Shown: positions 43,142 to 53,931 of the stretch, piece after piece
Position numbering within the stretch: the stretch's first letter is position 1
How the letters are laid out: every line of letters starts with the position of its first letter
NCBI GenBank assembly: GCA_001940845.1
Contig: MSGV01000001.1
Span: 25,975 to 89,974 of the forward strand
DNA: 64,000 nucleotides
Reading direction: 5' to 3'
Origin: Christensenellaceae bacterium Phil7
GTDB taxonomy: Bacteria > Bacillota > Clostridia > Christensenellales > CAG-138
The notes under the pieces: model-generated
The model's input: the letters and a program-made list of their open reading frames with translations, nothing else
Database searches by the model: none
Told to the model about the DNA's origin: nothing
Made by a program: the position numbers and the translations under genes

Positions 43142-44656
43142 TTGTTGCCTGTACTGACGGAACTGTCCGGCACAGGCGTGGAACTGCTTGCTGAATTTAC
43201 AAAGGGTATTCAGGATGCCAACGGTGATATTGGCAAGATGTCCGATGTGATTTCTGAGGTTCTTCCCAAAGCACTGGATGCCGTTATGGAATATGTGCCG
43301 GAACTGCTGGAGGTTATCGGCTCCATCATTGGGGCGATTGGGAGTGCCATTGTAGAGAATCTGCCAATCATCGTTGAGTCTGTTAGCCAGATCATCGTCA
43401 CCATACTGGAGGGACTGATTTCTGCGCTACCGCAAATCACAGAGGGTTCCCTACAATTGATGCTCGCCCTGGTAGGAGGCATTCTGGAAAATCTGCCGAT
43501 GCTGATTGAAACCGCAGCGCAGGTCATTGTTACCCTGGTGACCGGGATCGCCCAGGCACTTCCCATGCTGGTTCCCACCCTGGTCGAAGTGGTCATGCAG
43601 ATGTGTCAGACTCTCGTGGACAATCTGCCCCTTATTTTAGAGGCGGCTCTTCAGCTTATCCTGGGACTTGCCCAGGGCCTTTTGGATGCCATTCCTGTGC
43701 TGGTCGCTGCACTGCCTGAAATCATTGAAAGCATCATTACCTTTCTACTGGACTCCATCCCTCAAATCATTGAGGCGGGCATTCAGCTACTGACCTCTCT
43801 GGTGGAGGCACTGCCGGAAATCATCTCTTCCATTGTGGAGGCGATCCCCCAAATTATCGAAAGCATCATCACTGCGGTGCTGGGGGCTATCCCGCAAATA
43901 ATCCAGGCAGGTATTGACCTGCTGATTTCGCTCATCAAGGCGTTGCCCCAGATCATCACCACCATCGTGGCTGCAATTCCACAGATTATCTCCGGCATCG
44001 TCAATGCAGTGATTGGGAACATCGATAAAATTATCATGGCAGGCGTGGAGTTGTTCGTTGCCCTGATTGAGAATCTGCCTACCATTATAGTTGAAATTGT
44101 AAAGGCTGTACCCCAGATCATTGCCGGAATCGTAAAAGCGTTCGGTTCTCTCACTGGAAAGATGGCTGAGATTGGCGGCAACATTGTAAAAGGACTGTGG
44201 CAAGGCATTCAGCAACTTGCCTCTTGGCTTTGGGACAAGGTATCCGGCTGGATTTCATCTATCTGGGACGGCATCTGTGACTTCTTCGGTATCCACTCGC
44301 CCTCTCGTGAGATGGCGTGGGTGGGCGAAATGCTGGTCAAGGGTCTGTCCGGCTCCATCGAGGACAACGGCGATGAAGCAGTCCGAGCCGCAGAGGATAT
44401 GGCCGAGGACATCAACGGGGTCATGGGCGATCTTGCCCAGGATATGCAGACGGCCCTGCCCACGGATTTCGATGTCACCGGGAATTTGCGCTCCGCTACC
44501 AGTGGGGTCACTTCCGGGGCGTTCTCCGGGTTCAGCATCTCACTGAACATCACGAATTTCAATAACTACTCGTCTGAGGACATTCGTCAGCTCACCACCG
44601 AGGTCATGGAGACGGCGAATCAATTTGCTATGCGGAAGGGGGCGGTGTTCGCATGA
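43142..44656 (+). CDS. Tape measure protein, C-terminal part
   Basis: Same frame as 42047-43096, and the 15 codons in between are open (LKVNAQGAKNALGTV). Contains long (A/I)(L/I)PQII-type internal repeats. Confidence 0.8.
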   Translation: MLPVLTELSGTGVELLAEFTKGIQDANGDIGKMSDVISEVLPKALDAVMEYVPELLEVIGSIIGAIGSAIVENLPIIVESVSQIIVTILEGLISALPQITEGSLQLMLALVGGILENLPMLIETAAQVIVTLVTGIAQALPMLVPTLVEVVMQMCQTLVDNLPLILEAALQLILGLAQGLLDAIPVLVAALPEIIESIITFLLDSIPQIIEAGIQLLTSLVEALPEIISSIVEAIPQIIESIITAVLGAIPQIIQAGIDLLISLIKALPQIITTIVAAIPQIISGIVNAVIGNIDKIIMAGVELFVALIENLPTIIVEIVKAVPQIIAGIVKAFGSLTGKMAEIGGNIVKGLWQGIQQLASWLWDKVSGWISSIWDGICDFFGIHSPSREMAWVGEMLVKGLSGSIEDNGDEAVRAAEDMAEDINGVMGDLAQDMQTALPTDFDVTGNLRSATSGVTSGAFSGFSISLNITNFNNYSSEDIRQLTTEVMETANQFAMRKGAVFA

Positions 44657-45384
44657 CCTATTTTATCTATAACGGTCGCAGTTCCGAGGAGTTTGGTCTG
44701 CACATTGAGCGCAAGGATGTGTTCACCGCACCCACTTTCGATGCGAACTTCACCTCAATCCCCGGCCGGAGCGGCGACCTCATCGTGTCCAACAAACGCT
44801 TCTCCAATGTGAAGGTCACCTATACCGTTTTCCTGGCACGGCGCACGGTGGACAGCCTTTCGGAAGTGCTACGGTCTATCAAGGGCTGGCTGTTCACCGA
44901 GCCGGATCGGTATCACGAGATCACCGACTCCTATAACCGGGGCTTTCTGCGGTATGGGGTGATCTCTGAGGGACTGGACATTGAAGAACAACTGAACAAG
45001 GTCGGTTCTTTTCGTGTGACCTTTTCCTGCAAGCCCTTCCTTTACAGTGAGGATGGGCGGCAGGCCATAGAGGTCACGGAGTCCGGCTTTGCCATCACCA
45101 ATCCGTATTCGTTCCCCAGCAATCCGTATCTGCGGATAGAAGGCAACGGCGATGCGACCATCACCATCCAGTCCGGCAGTCACAACGACACCTGGCAGAT
45201 GAAGGGCATCTCGACTTATATGGAATGCGACTCCGAGCAGATGAACTTCTACAAAGGCACTGAATTACAGAACCTCAAGGTCAGCGGTGACGGATTCCCT
45301 GTGCTGTACCCTGGGGAGAATTTTGTTATATTCAGCGGCAATATAACAAAAATCACGCTGGTGCCGAGGTGGTGCTGTCTATGA
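44653..45384 (+). CDS. Distal tail protein (Dit)
   Basis: MTYFIYNGRSSEEFGL...IPGRSGD. Position follows the TMP. Confidence 0.75.
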   Translation: MTYFIYNGRSSEEFGLHIERKDVFTAPTFDANFTSIPGRSGDLIVSNKRFSNVKVTYTVFLARRTVDSLSEVLRSIKGWLFTEPDRYHEITDSYNRGFLRYGVISEGLDIEEQLNKVGSFRVTFSCKPFLYSEDGRQAIEVTESGFAITNPYSFPSNPYLRIEGNGDATITIQSGSHNDTWQMKGISTYMECDSEQMNFYKGTELQNLKVSGDGFPVLYPGENFVIFSGNITKITLVPRWCCL

Positions 45385-47198
45385 TCCCGGTATTGTTTCC
45401 CGCCAGCACCACAGACTTTTCCACCTTCGGGATCGGTGCCCTGACCGATACCATCTCCTGCGAGGTGACCGAAGAGCGAAACGGCATCTTCGAGTGCATC
45501 CTGAAATACCCGATCACCGGGCAGCACTATGGTGCCATCGCCAAAGAAAGCATCATCAAGGCAAAACCCAACGATACGGCTACGCCCCAGGCGTTTCGGG
45601 TGTACCGCATCACGAGACCCCTCAAGGGCGTGGTGAGCGTGTATGCCCAGCATATCAGCTATGACCTGGCGAATGTCCCGGTGATGCCGTTTGCCACGGA
45701 CAGCCGCTCCCCGGCACTGATCCTGAACCAGCTTCTTGCCGGAGACACACGCTTTACCGGGTGGACGGACTATGCGGATGCAAAACCCTTCGAGGTCGTG
45801 AAGCCCCAGAGTGTTCGTGCCTGTCTGGGTGGCACAGATGGCTCCATGCTCTCCAAATGGCATGGCGAATTTGAGTGGGATAACTTCACCGTGAAGCTCC
45901 ACAGCCACCGAGGGCAGAAAACTGGTGTGGTCATCGAGTACGGGAAAAACCTCACTGAACTGGAGCAGGACGAGGACAACAGCGGCGTGTATACCAAGTT
46001 GCTGCCCTATGCCGTCTATACTCCAGAGGATTCAGAGGATGCAGTCGTTGTCACGCTGCCGGAGGAGACCCTCCCGATCATCTCCGCTGAGATGGCTCGG
46101 AACAAGACACTCATCAAGGACTTCACTGACCGTTTTGAAAATGGTACGGTCATCACCGAGGAGATGCTCCGGGCGGTGGCTAACAGCTATCTCAAGGATA
46201 ATCCTCTGGGTGATACCATTCCTTCTGTGAAAGTGTCCTTTGAACCGCTCTGGAAACAGCCAGAATACTCGGCTCTGCTGGAGCGGGTCAATCTCTGCGA
46301 TACCGTCTCCATCCGGCACTCGGCATTGGGAGTCAGTGTGACAGCGTTGGTCATCCAAACTGTCTATGACACCCTTGCCGAGCGGTATGTGAGCATCACT
46401 TTGGGAAGTGCCAAGTCCAGCATGGTCACCACCATCGCCCAGGTGCAGTCCTCGGTAGAAAAGGTGGAGTCCACGGTTGGGCATTTCCCCAAACTGCTCC
46501 AAAGTGCCATCAACAGTGCCACATCGCTTATCACCGGCCAGACCGGGGGCTATGTGGTGTTGCACGGCAATGAAAAGGGACAGCCATACGAACTGCTGGT
46601 GCTGGATGCCCCAAACATCGACCAAGCCGTGAATGTGTGGCGGTGGAATGTGAATGGCCTGGGGTTCAGTAAGAACGGATACAACGGTCCCTACGAAACT
46701 GCCATCACCGCAGATGGGCAGATCGTGGCAGATTTCATCACCTCTGGCTCGTTGGTCGCCAACATCATCAAGGCTGGCGTGATCCAATCCCAGGATGGTT
46801 CAAGCTGGTGGGATTTGGAGTCCGGCGAGGTGCATCTGCGCGCCTACGCAACGACCTCGTCCGTTGAGAAGGTCAGCGACCGGGTTTCGGAGATCGAGGA
46901 CAAGAAGATGTACCGGGTGGTGGTATCCTCCAGCAACGGCTCCATCTTCAAAAACGGGAACATTTCCACAGTGCTTTCTGCCACGGTTTATTCCTGGGAT
47001 GAGGATGTGACGGACAGCCTCGACCCCAATCAATTTATCTGGACTCGTGTATCGGAGGATGCCGAATCCGACAAGCTCTGGAATGCCGCCCACTATGGCG
47101 GCACGAAGGAGATCATCATCACCACAGAGGATGTGACGGTCCGGGCGACCTTCTTCTGTGAACTCATCGATACAGCCACCCGGAACAGCTTACTTTAA
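45381..47198 (+). CDS. Tail-associated protein (Tal / prophage tail endopeptidase-type N-terminus)
   Basis: MIPVLFPASTTDFSTFGIGAL...ISCEVTEERNG. ATGA overlap with the Dit gene. Confidence 0.75.
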   Translation: MIPVLFPASTTDFSTFGIGALTDTISCEVTEERNGIFECILKYPITGQHYGAIAKESIIKAKPNDTATPQAFRVYRITRPLKGVVSVYAQHISYDLANVPVMPFATDSRSPALILNQLLAGDTRFTGWTDYADAKPFEVVKPQSVRACLGGTDGSMLSKWHGEFEWDNFTVKLHSHRGQKTGVVIEYGKNLTELEQDEDNSGVYTKLLPYAVYTPEDSEDAVVVTLPEETLPIISAEMARNKTLIKDFTDRFENGTVITEEMLRAVANSYLKDNPLGDTIPSVKVSFEPLWKQPEYSALLERVNLCDTVSIRHSALGVSVTALVIQTVYDTLAERYVSITLGSAKSSMVTTIAQVQSSVEKVESTVGHFPKLLQSAINSATSLITGQTGGYVVLHGNEKGQPYELLVLDAPNIDQAVNVWRWNVNGLGFSKNGYNGPYETAITADGQIVADFITSGSLVANIIKAGVIQSQDGSSWWDLESGEVHLRAYATTSSVEKVSDRVSEIEDKKMYRVVVSSSNGSIFKNGNISTVLSATVYSWDEDVTDSLDPNQFIWTRVSEDAESDKLWNAAHYGGTKEIIITTEDVTVRATFFCELIDTATRNSLL

Positions 47199-47210
47199 GG
47201 AGGATTTTCT

Positions 47211-48290
47211 ATGAGCAAGGCACAAGGCCAGTTCACCATTGTGGACTACAACGATGCGCTTACCCTCACCGGGTACATCGGTTCCAATCTGGCAAAGACC
47301 CAGATGCAAAGCCCCGATAACAACACCTTCAATCCCGACTGGTCGAAAACCAACCTGGTTTTGACCCCCAGCCTCTACATCATCGGTACTACCACGGACA
47401 AGATCACTTCTGCGGAAGTCACCGCAGTCAAGTGGTACATTGGCAGTTCTTCTACCGCCATCACCACGGGCGGTGCATATTCGTTGTCCGGCACGAAGAG
47501 CCACATTCTCACGGTCAAGAGCAATGTAATGGATGGTCTGCCCGGTATCGACTACCGCTGCGTGATTACCTACAAAGACCCATCCACCGGGCTGTCCATC
47601 GACCATCCGCTGACCATTTCTTTCTCCCGTGTTGTAAACGGCGGCGGTATCGTGGATCTGCTGGTCATTACCCCCAACGGCAATGTGTTCAAAAACAGCG
47701 AGGTATCAACACTAACCGCAAAAGCGGAGTTGTGGCGCGGCTCTACGGTGGATACCACCAATGTCAGCTACAAGTGGGCGGTCATGGATGCCGCAGTCAC
47801 CTCCAGTTCTTCTACTGGTTACGATGCTGACTTCGGAACCGGCTGGCGCAAGCTGACGGACACCGCCGGAAAATACACTGGTACATCCACCAATACGCTG
47901 ACCATTTACGCTGCCGCAGTGGAAAGCTACGCAGTCCTTCGCTGCTGCGCCCAGGACACCGATACCAATTCTTCCACGGCGAACAGCAAGTTCTACGATG
48001 TGGCGACCTTTATCGACAACTCCGACCCTCTGCAGGTCATCGTTACTTCCACGGGCGGCGATGTGTTCAAAAATGGACAAGGCTCCACCACGCTGACGGC
48101 AGTTTGCTATCAGGCTGGTGTGGAGGTAGATGCCGCTGGAAAGGGTACCTACACCTGGACGAAGTACGACAAGGATGGTGCGATCGATACCGCCTGGGGG
48201 ACGAACGGCTCCAAAACGGGCAAGACCCTCTCCGTTGGCACAGCGGATGTAGACACCAAAGCGACCTTCATGGTTGTCGTGAGCATTTAA
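47211..48290 (+). CDS. Tail fibre/baseplate protein with Ig-like repeats
   Basis: Repeated ...GNVFKNS.VSTLTA... / ...GDVFKNGQGSTTLTA... modules. Confidence 0.6.
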   Translation: MSKAQGQFTIVDYNDALTLTGYIGSNLAKTQMQSPDNNTFNPDWSKTNLVLTPSLYIIGTTTDKITSAEVTAVKWYIGSSSTAITTGGAYSLSGTKSHILTVKSNVMDGLPGIDYRCVITYKDPSTGLSIDHPLTISFSRVVNGGGIVDLLVITPNGNVFKNSEVSTLTAKAELWRGSTVDTTNVSYKWAVMDAAVTSSSSTGYDADFGTGWRKLTDTAGKYTGTSTNTLTIYAAAVESYAVLRCCAQDTDTNSSTANSKFYDVATFIDNSDPLQVIVTSTGGDVFKNGQGSTTLTAVCYQAGVEVDAAGKGTYTWTKYDKDGAIDTAWGTNGSKTGKTLSVGTADVDTKATFMVVVSI

Positions 48291-48300
48291 GGAGGTCATC

Positions 48301-49383
48301 ATGCGGGCTATTGGACAATTCACCATTACAAACATCTGCGATGTAGTGACCGGGGATACGCCGCCCGCTGAACCTTATGTAGGACAGCTTTGGGTGGACA
48401 CCACTACGGTGCCGCCCCAGACGATGGTGTGGGACGGAGAATCCTGGGTGCCAGAAAACAATCTGGAGACTCTGCGAACCACCGTCTCCACCAACACCCA
48501 GCGCATTGCAGACTTTCAGAACACAGCAGATGGTCTGAACAGCTATGTTTCCATGCTTACCGAAACGGTGGAAACACTATCGGATGACCAGGGCGTTGTT
48601 GAGGAGCGAGTGCTGGAGGCACAGCGGCAGCTCTCAGAACTGGAGCATACCGTACAGGGGTTAAGCCTGACCATGTCCGAGCAGTTTATCGGCGGCATGA
48701 ACTATGTACAGAATTCTGCTGGATTGAATGGACTCACCGATGACTGGTCCCACACAGGGACAGTGCGGGTGGATACCTCCACGGACACCCAGAACAATAC
48801 CACAGCGGATTCCTGCTTTGTGCTGGGAGAAAGTTCTTCCCTCAGTCAGTACATCCGCAGTGTTCTGCCCGGCACTTATACCGTTTCCGTCCGGGCGAAG
48901 AAAACCTCCACCATGTCTGCCTACATCTATGTGGCCTACAACGGCAACAAGCAGAAATACCTTTTTAGCAAGACCACCGCTTTTGGCTGGACGGATTTCA
49001 CGGCGACCATCACCGATGTGACTGACCCCACGCTACGGCTCTATTGCTACAACCGGGATGGGGAGCTTTCGGTATCCGACATCATGCTCACGGAGGGGTC
49101 GCTGCCCAGGAAGTGGACTCCGGCTCCCAACGAGATTTACACCTCTGAGGTCAAGATCGACCGTCGGGGCATCGAGGTCTCCAACAACGCATCCAGCCAG
49201 CGGACGGTCATCACCAACACGGAGTTTGCGGGTTATTACAACGATGAAGTCATCTTCACGCTGAACAAGGATGAAACGGTGACCAAGAAAACCACGGTGG
49301 ACGGTGAATTGACCGTGGGCAGAACCAAGTTTGTCCCGATGCCGACCGCATCCCAGGGGCTTAACATTGTTATTTTGGATTAA
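48301..49383 (+). CDS. Tail fibre / receptor-binding protein candidate (coiled coil plus beta-sandwich)
   Basis: N-terminal GQLWVDTT motif, a coiled segment, then a CBM-like C-terminal region. Confidence 0.55.
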   Translation: MRAIGQFTITNICDVVTGDTPPAEPYVGQLWVDTTTVPPQTMVWDGESWVPENNLETLRTTVSTNTQRIADFQNTADGLNSYVSMLTETVETLSDDQGVVEERVLEAQRQLSELEHTVQGLSLTMSEQFIGGMNYVQNSAGLNGLTDDWSHTGTVRVDTSTDTQNNTTADSCFVLGESSSLSQYIRSVLPGTYTVSVRAKKTSTMSAYIYVAYNGNKQKYLFSKTTAFGWTDFTATITDVTDPTLRLYCYNRDGELSVSDIMLTEGSLPRKWTPAPNEIYTSEVKIDRRGIEVSNNASSQRTVITNTEFAGYYNDEVIFTLNKDETVTKKTTVDGELTVGRTKFVPMPTASQGLNIVILD

Positions 49384-49394
49384 GGAGGGGTTGC

Positions 49395-51953
49395 ATGGCA
49401 ACATGGACAAGTAATTCATACGATGGACGGTATCTCCAGCTTACGATCACGGAATCCACAAACATGGCCGAGAACACCTCCACGCTGCACTGGACTCTGA
49501 CCTCCACGGGTGGCACGGCTGGCTATTACACCATTGACACCACGACCGTCACGATCAACGGCGTGGAGGTCTACTATAAGGAGCGTACCAAATGGGATGA
49601 CCGTGTGTTCCCCGCGGCAAAAGGCTCAGTCAGCGGTTCCATCACGATCTACCATGACAGCGATGGTCGGAAAACCGTAACTGTTGGGTTCTCCACTCGT
49701 GTCTACATTTACGGCCCGGAGGAATACGGCGGCGGTATGGTTCTGACCAACCTCGACCGAACTGCCCCCACCATCTCTCTGAGCGTTTCCTCCGTAACGG
49801 CAAGCAGTCTGTATATCAGTTCCTCGGCAACCGCATCCTGCGATCTCTGGCAGTACAGTCTGAATGGTGGCTCGACCTGGTACACGCTGTCCACGATCAC
49901 TTCCTCGTCTGCATATATCACGGTCAATGGGCTGTCCCCAAACACCAATTATTCCGTGCGAGTGCGTGGCCGGAAACTGGTCAACCAGGTCTATGGTTAT
50001 TCCTCCACGGTATCAGTCACGACCCTCGGCGGTGCGATCATCAACAAGGTAAACGATGTGACCGCAGATGCGGCTACAGTGAGCATCGTCCTGAACACCA
50101 CGGTGTACGAGGCCAGTTATACCAATACCCTGGCTATCAAGAACGGAAGCACCACCTATCTGACGATCTCCGGGTTGTCCTGGGCGAAAGGGACTGCGAA
50201 TCGAACCATTACCCTGACATCTGCCCAGCGAACGACCCTGCTCAATGCGATGGCATCGGTAAAATCCGTTAATGCCACCTTTTCTGTTTCTACCTACAGC
50301 GGCTCGACCCAGATCGGCGGCAGTTCCACTTATACCGCAAAGGTCACGACCACCTCCGCAAATTCTGGACCCACGATGGGGAGCTTCACTTTTGAGGACA
50401 GCTACGCAACCACGACCACCATCACCGGGAACAACCAGTTATTCATCCAGGGGCATTCTACCCTCAAGGTGACACCCGGAACTGCTACCGCAAAAAACGG
50501 TGCTACGATCACGAACTACACCGCGACTTGTAATGGCGTATCTGCATCCAATACCACGGGAGCGGCTATCTCTGTGGGGAAGGTAACCAAGTCCGGCACG
50601 GTGACTGTACTGGTGACTGCCACAGACAGCCGTGGTTACACGGTCAGCCAGAGCCAGACCATTACCGTCATCCCATACGCCAAGCCCAAACTGAGTGAGG
50701 TCTCCATCCACCGAACCAATGACATCGAGGACGAAATGCGGCTATCCTTTAGTGGGTACATCTCAGCGATCTCCGTGGGTGGGGTGCAGAAGAACAGTCT
50801 GATGTACGCCCGATACCAGTACAAGCTGACCAGTGCATCCAGCTACGGCAGCTTTGTGGACATCCTGCCCACCGTCACGGCAACTGGCACCAGCTTTTCC
50901 TTCTCCAACCCGGAACTGTGCAATCTGGACTCCAACGCATCCTTCGATTTTCATTTGCAGATTCGGGACAAGCTGAACAGCCTATCGTCCACAGATTTGT
51001 ATTTTGTGATCCCCCAGGGTACGCCTTTGGTAGCCCTGCGAAAATCGAAGGTGGGTATCAATACCCCCACCCCAGATGCGGCACTCCATGTGGTCGGTTC
51101 TACCCATCTGGAAGGCGGTACCACCATCAATGGCAACACCCGGATCGTGGGAACGCTTACCCCGGATAACATCAACTACGCTTTCGAGAAGCCATACTTC
51201 GGTACTTGCGACACTCCAACCGATACCGCAGACAAAGTGGTCGCCTGCCCGGAGTTTAAGGCTTTGAAGCAAGGCACACTTATATCCGTCCAATTTGTAG
51301 AAGGAAATACCGCCAGTTCCCCCAGCATGAATGTCAACGGAACGGGGGCCAGAGCGATTTGCGGTCTGAAGGGTTACTACATCAATACCGAAATGTGGGT
51401 GGCAAATCAGATCGTGCTGTTTGTTTTCAATGGCACCTGGTGGATCGCACTCGGATGCTTGCCGGCCACTTCCACTCGATACGGTTTGGTGAAGCTGTCC
51501 AGCAGCGTTACCTCCACCAGCACTGGATTGGCGGCAACCGCCTCTGCGGTCAAGCAGGCATACGACCGTAATTCCTGGCCGTCCATAACCCTTACCAATC
51601 CGTTGACGGTGGCAAACGGCGGCACGGGTTCCACCTATGCGGCTGGAGCCAGAGCCAATCTGGGGATCACCTGCACCTCGCTCTACAATGGCACTCTGAC
51701 CACGGGCAGCACTACATTCAACTATGGGAGCTATAAGGCTTACATCATCATTGGTCAGCCCACGGCTTCGTCTGCCCGATGTAGCCTCTTCGTCCCAAAA
51801 GATCAAATCACCACCACGGCTGTGAACTACCAGGTCGCTGACGAATCCAACTATTATACCTTCAATCTGTCCTACTCTGGCTCTACGGTCACGCTGGCCT
51901 TCAAGGGAAGGAGCAGTACCGGCCAGATTCTCCGGGTATTCGGGGTCAACTAA
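49395..51953 (+). CDS. Large tail fibre protein with FN3-like repeats
   Basis: TAPTISLSVSSVTASSLYIS...YSVRVRG (FN3-like) and ATSTRYGLVKLSSSV...ATASAVKQAYD (fibre motif). Confidence 0.7.
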   Translation: MATWTSNSYDGRYLQLTITESTNMAENTSTLHWTLTSTGGTAGYYTIDTTTVTINGVEVYYKERTKWDDRVFPAAKGSVSGSITIYHDSDGRKTVTVGFSTRVYIYGPEEYGGGMVLTNLDRTAPTISLSVSSVTASSLYISSSATASCDLWQYSLNGGSTWYTLSTITSSSAYITVNGLSPNTNYSVRVRGRKLVNQVYGYSSTVSVTTLGGAIINKVNDVTADAATVSIVLNTTVYEASYTNTLAIKNGSTTYLTISGLSWAKGTANRTITLTSAQRTTLLNAMASVKSVNATFSVSTYSGSTQIGGSSTYTAKVTTTSANSGPTMGSFTFEDSYATTTTITGNNQLFIQGHSTLKVTPGTATAKNGATITNYTATCNGVSASNTTGAAISVGKVTKSGTVTVLVTATDSRGYTVSQSQTITVIPYAKPKLSEVSIHRTNDIEDEMRLSFSGYISAISVGGVQKNSLMYARYQYKLTSASSYGSFVDILPTVTATGTSFSFSNPELCNLDSNASFDFHLQIRDKLNSLSSTDLYFVIPQGTPLVALRKSKVGINTPTPDAALHVVGSTHLEGGTTINGNTRIVGTLTPDNINYAFEKPYFGTCDTPTDTADKVVACPEFKALKQGTLISVQFVEGNTASSPSMNVNGTGARAICGLKGYYINTEMWVANQIVLFVFNGTWWIALGCLPATSTRYGLVKLSSSVTSTSTGLAATASAVKQAYDRNSWPSITLTNPLTVANGGTGSTYAAGARANLGITCTSLYNGTLTTGSTTFNYGSYKAYIIIGQPTASSARCSLFVPKDQITTTAVNYQVADESNYYTFNLSYSGSTVTLAFKGRSSTGQILRVFGVN

Positions 51954-51964
51954 AGGAGGCGCAC

Positions 51965-52333
51965 ATGAAAGTAATATTTGACGAGCAGGGCTATGTCGCC
52001 AGCTTTGCCATCGAGGGCGACCTGGTGGGCAGCGTGGAGGTCAGTGACCCTGCCGACCTCGACCATTTTTGCCAGCACTTCACCGCTTACCGGGTACGGG
52101 ACGGCGACCTCATCTTTGATGATACGCAAGACCAGGCACTCGCCACTTTGGAGCAGACCAGGGAATACCGTCTGCGCCGGGAGGCTGAGTGCTTTTCTGT
52201 TATCAACCGAGGGCAACTTTGGTACGACACCCTCACCGATGCCCAGCGGGATGAACTGCGGCAATGGTACCGCTCCTGGCTGGATGGTACCTCGACACTT
52301 GCTGTGCCGGAGCGGCCGGCATGGCTCAAATAA
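51965..52333 (+). CDS. Hypothetical tail-module protein
   Basis: 122 aa following the fibre genes. Confidence 0.45.
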   Translation: MKVIFDEQGYVASFAIEGDLVGSVEVSDPADLDHFCQHFTAYRVRDGDLIFDDTQDQALATLEQTREYRLRREAECFSVINRGQLWYDTLTDAQRDELRQWYRSWLDGTSTLAVPERPAWLK

Positions 52334-52337
52334 GGAT

Positions 52338-52366
52338 AAAAGGCACTCTTCGGAGTGTCTTTTTTC
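52338..52366 (+). terminator. Terminator between the tail and lysis modules
   Basis: GGCACTC-ttcg-GAGTGTC followed by TTTTTT. Confidence 0.55.
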
Positions 52367-52393
52367 ATAACAAAATTCAAGGAGGATACGAAA

Positions 52394-52807
52394 ATGAAAC
52401 AGATTTGGAATGGAGTCCAGCTTGCCTTCACCGCACTCGGTGGTTTCCTGGGCTGGTTTTTGGGCGGAGCGGATGGCTTCATGTACGCACTCATCGCCTT
52501 TGTTGTGATCGACTACATCACCGGGGTCATGTGCGCGATTGCTGACCACAACCTCTCCAGCGCGGTGGGATTTAAGGGCATCTGCCGCAAGGTGCTGATC
52601 TTTACCCTGGTGGGGATCGGAAACATCCTGGATGTGTATGTCCTGCAGGACGGTCATGCGTTGCGTATGGCTGTGATCTTCTTCTACCTGTCCAATGAGG
52701 GCGTGAGCCTGCTGGAGAATACCGTCCACCTGGGTCTGCCCGTGCCGGAAAAACTGAAGGATGTCCTGGCACAGCTCCACGGCCGTGGGGAAAGCGAGGA
52801 CGAATGA
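52394..52807 (+). CDS. Holin (TcdE/phage_holin_4-like)
   Basis: GGFLGWFLGGADGFMYALIAFVVIDYITGVMCAI...LSSAVGFKGICRKVLIF. ATG 52394 follows AGGAGG. Confidence 0.88.
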   Translation: MKQIWNGVQLAFTALGGFLGWFLGGADGFMYALIAFVVIDYITGVMCAIADHNLSSAVGFKGICRKVLIFTLVGIGNILDVYVLQDGHALRMAVIFFYLSNEGVSLLENTVHLGLPVPEKLKDVLAQLHGRGESEDE

Positions 52808-52808
52808 T

Positions 52809-53792
52809 ATGAAACTGATCCAGTCCTTCCTCACGAAAAACCCCTGCTACAAAGCGGGGCGCAAGATCGCAGTCAAAGGGCTGATGCTTCACTCCGTGGG
52901 GTGCAATCAGCCCAGCGCAAGGGTGTTCGTTCGCAACTGGAACAGCGAAAGCTACGACCGTGCCTGTGTCCACGGGTTTATTGACGGCAACGATGGGACC
53001 GTCTATCAGACCTTGCCCTGGGATCACCGGGGCTGGCACGGCGGTGGTGCATCCAACAACACCCACATTGGCGTGGAGATGTGCGAACCCGGCTGCATCA
53101 AATACACGGGCGGTGCGACTTTCACTTGCAGTGACAAGCCTGCCGCCCAGGCAGTCGCCAAGCGCACCTACGAGGCGGCGGTGGAACTGTTCGCTATGCT
53201 CTGCAAGCAGTACGACCTTGATCCCCTGGCCGATGGTGTGATTGTCAGCCATCGTGAGGGCTACAAGCGTGGCATCGCCAGCAACCACGGCGACCCGGAG
53301 CATCTGTGGTCGCAGCTTGGCATGGGGTACACGATGGACACCTTCCGCAAAGCAGTCAAAGCGGCGATGGGCGGTACTTCTGTGGAAAAGCCCTCTCAGC
53401 CGGACACCAAACCGACTGCTCCCGTGTCCGGCATCAAGGCTGGCGACTTGGTGCAGATCATCGGCACCAAGTATTACGGCGGCAAGACCATCCCGGCTTG
53501 GGTCAAGGCAAAGAAGTGGTATGTCCTGTCTGTCAGCGGCGACCGTGCCGTGATCCATAAAAGCGAAGATGGCAAAAACGCCATTCAGTCCCCGGTCAAA
53601 GTGTCCGACCTCAAGGCGATCACCAGTCAGCCGACCTACCAGGTGCATACCGTGGTCAAAGGCGACTCCCTTTGGGCTATTGCCCAGAAGCACCTGGGCA
53701 ACGGTGGCCGTTACCCGGAGATCAAGAAACTGAACAGCCTGACCTCGGATGTCATTTACAGTGGCATGAAACTGAAAATCCCCAATAAGTAA
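52809..53792 (+). CDS. Endolysin: N-acetylmuramoyl-L-alanine amidase with C-terminal SH3/LysM-type binding domains
   Basis: GLMLHSVG...HGFID...GWHGGG...THIGVEMCEP, and C-terminal YQVHTVVKGDSLWAIAQKHLG...IYSGMKLKIP (LysM). Confidence 0.88.
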   Translation: MKLIQSFLTKNPCYKAGRKIAVKGLMLHSVGCNQPSARVFVRNWNSESYDRACVHGFIDGNDGTVYQTLPWDHRGWHGGGASNNTHIGVEMCEPGCIKYTGGATFTCSDKPAAQAVAKRTYEAAVELFAMLCKQYDLDPLADGVIVSHREGYKRGIASNHGDPEHLWSQLGMGYTMDTFRKAVKAAMGGTSVEKPSQPDTKPTAPVSGIKAGDLVQIIGTKYYGGKTIPAWVKAKKWYVLSVSGDRAVIHKSEDGKNAIQSPVKVSDLKAITSQPTYQVHTVVKGDSLWAIAQKHLGNGGRYPEIKKLNSLTSDVIYSGMKLKIPNK

Positions 53793-53798
53793 CCGAAA

Positions 53799-53852
53799 GC
53801 ACCTCACCCTCAGAGTTTTATCCTCTGGCGGTGGGGTGCTTTTTTGTTTTTT
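53799..53852 (+). terminator. Rho-independent terminator after the lysis cassette
   Basis: GCACCTCACC...GGTGGGGTGC stem followed by TTTTTGTTTTTT. Confidence 0.75.
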
Positions 53853-53859
53853 CTGAACC

Positions 53860-53931
53860 GACCGTTATATTTTTCCTCTGCCGTGGCCTACCTTTGAGGG
53901 GGACTCGAACCTCTCAGAAAGGGGTGTGCCC
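53860..53931 (+). repeat. Conserved leader box, copy B
   Basis: GACCGTTATATTTTTCCTCTGCCGTGGCCTACC followed by a stem-loop, TCAGAAAGG, N8 and ATG. Compare with 12785-12862. Confidence 0.7.

Noticed and set aside
43600-44200. Nucleotide and protein tandem periodicity in the tape measure gene (repeated ALPEII / IPQII segments)
   Set aside because: Internal repeats are a normal feature of tape measure proteins. This is not a separate repeat element or a CRISPR-like array.
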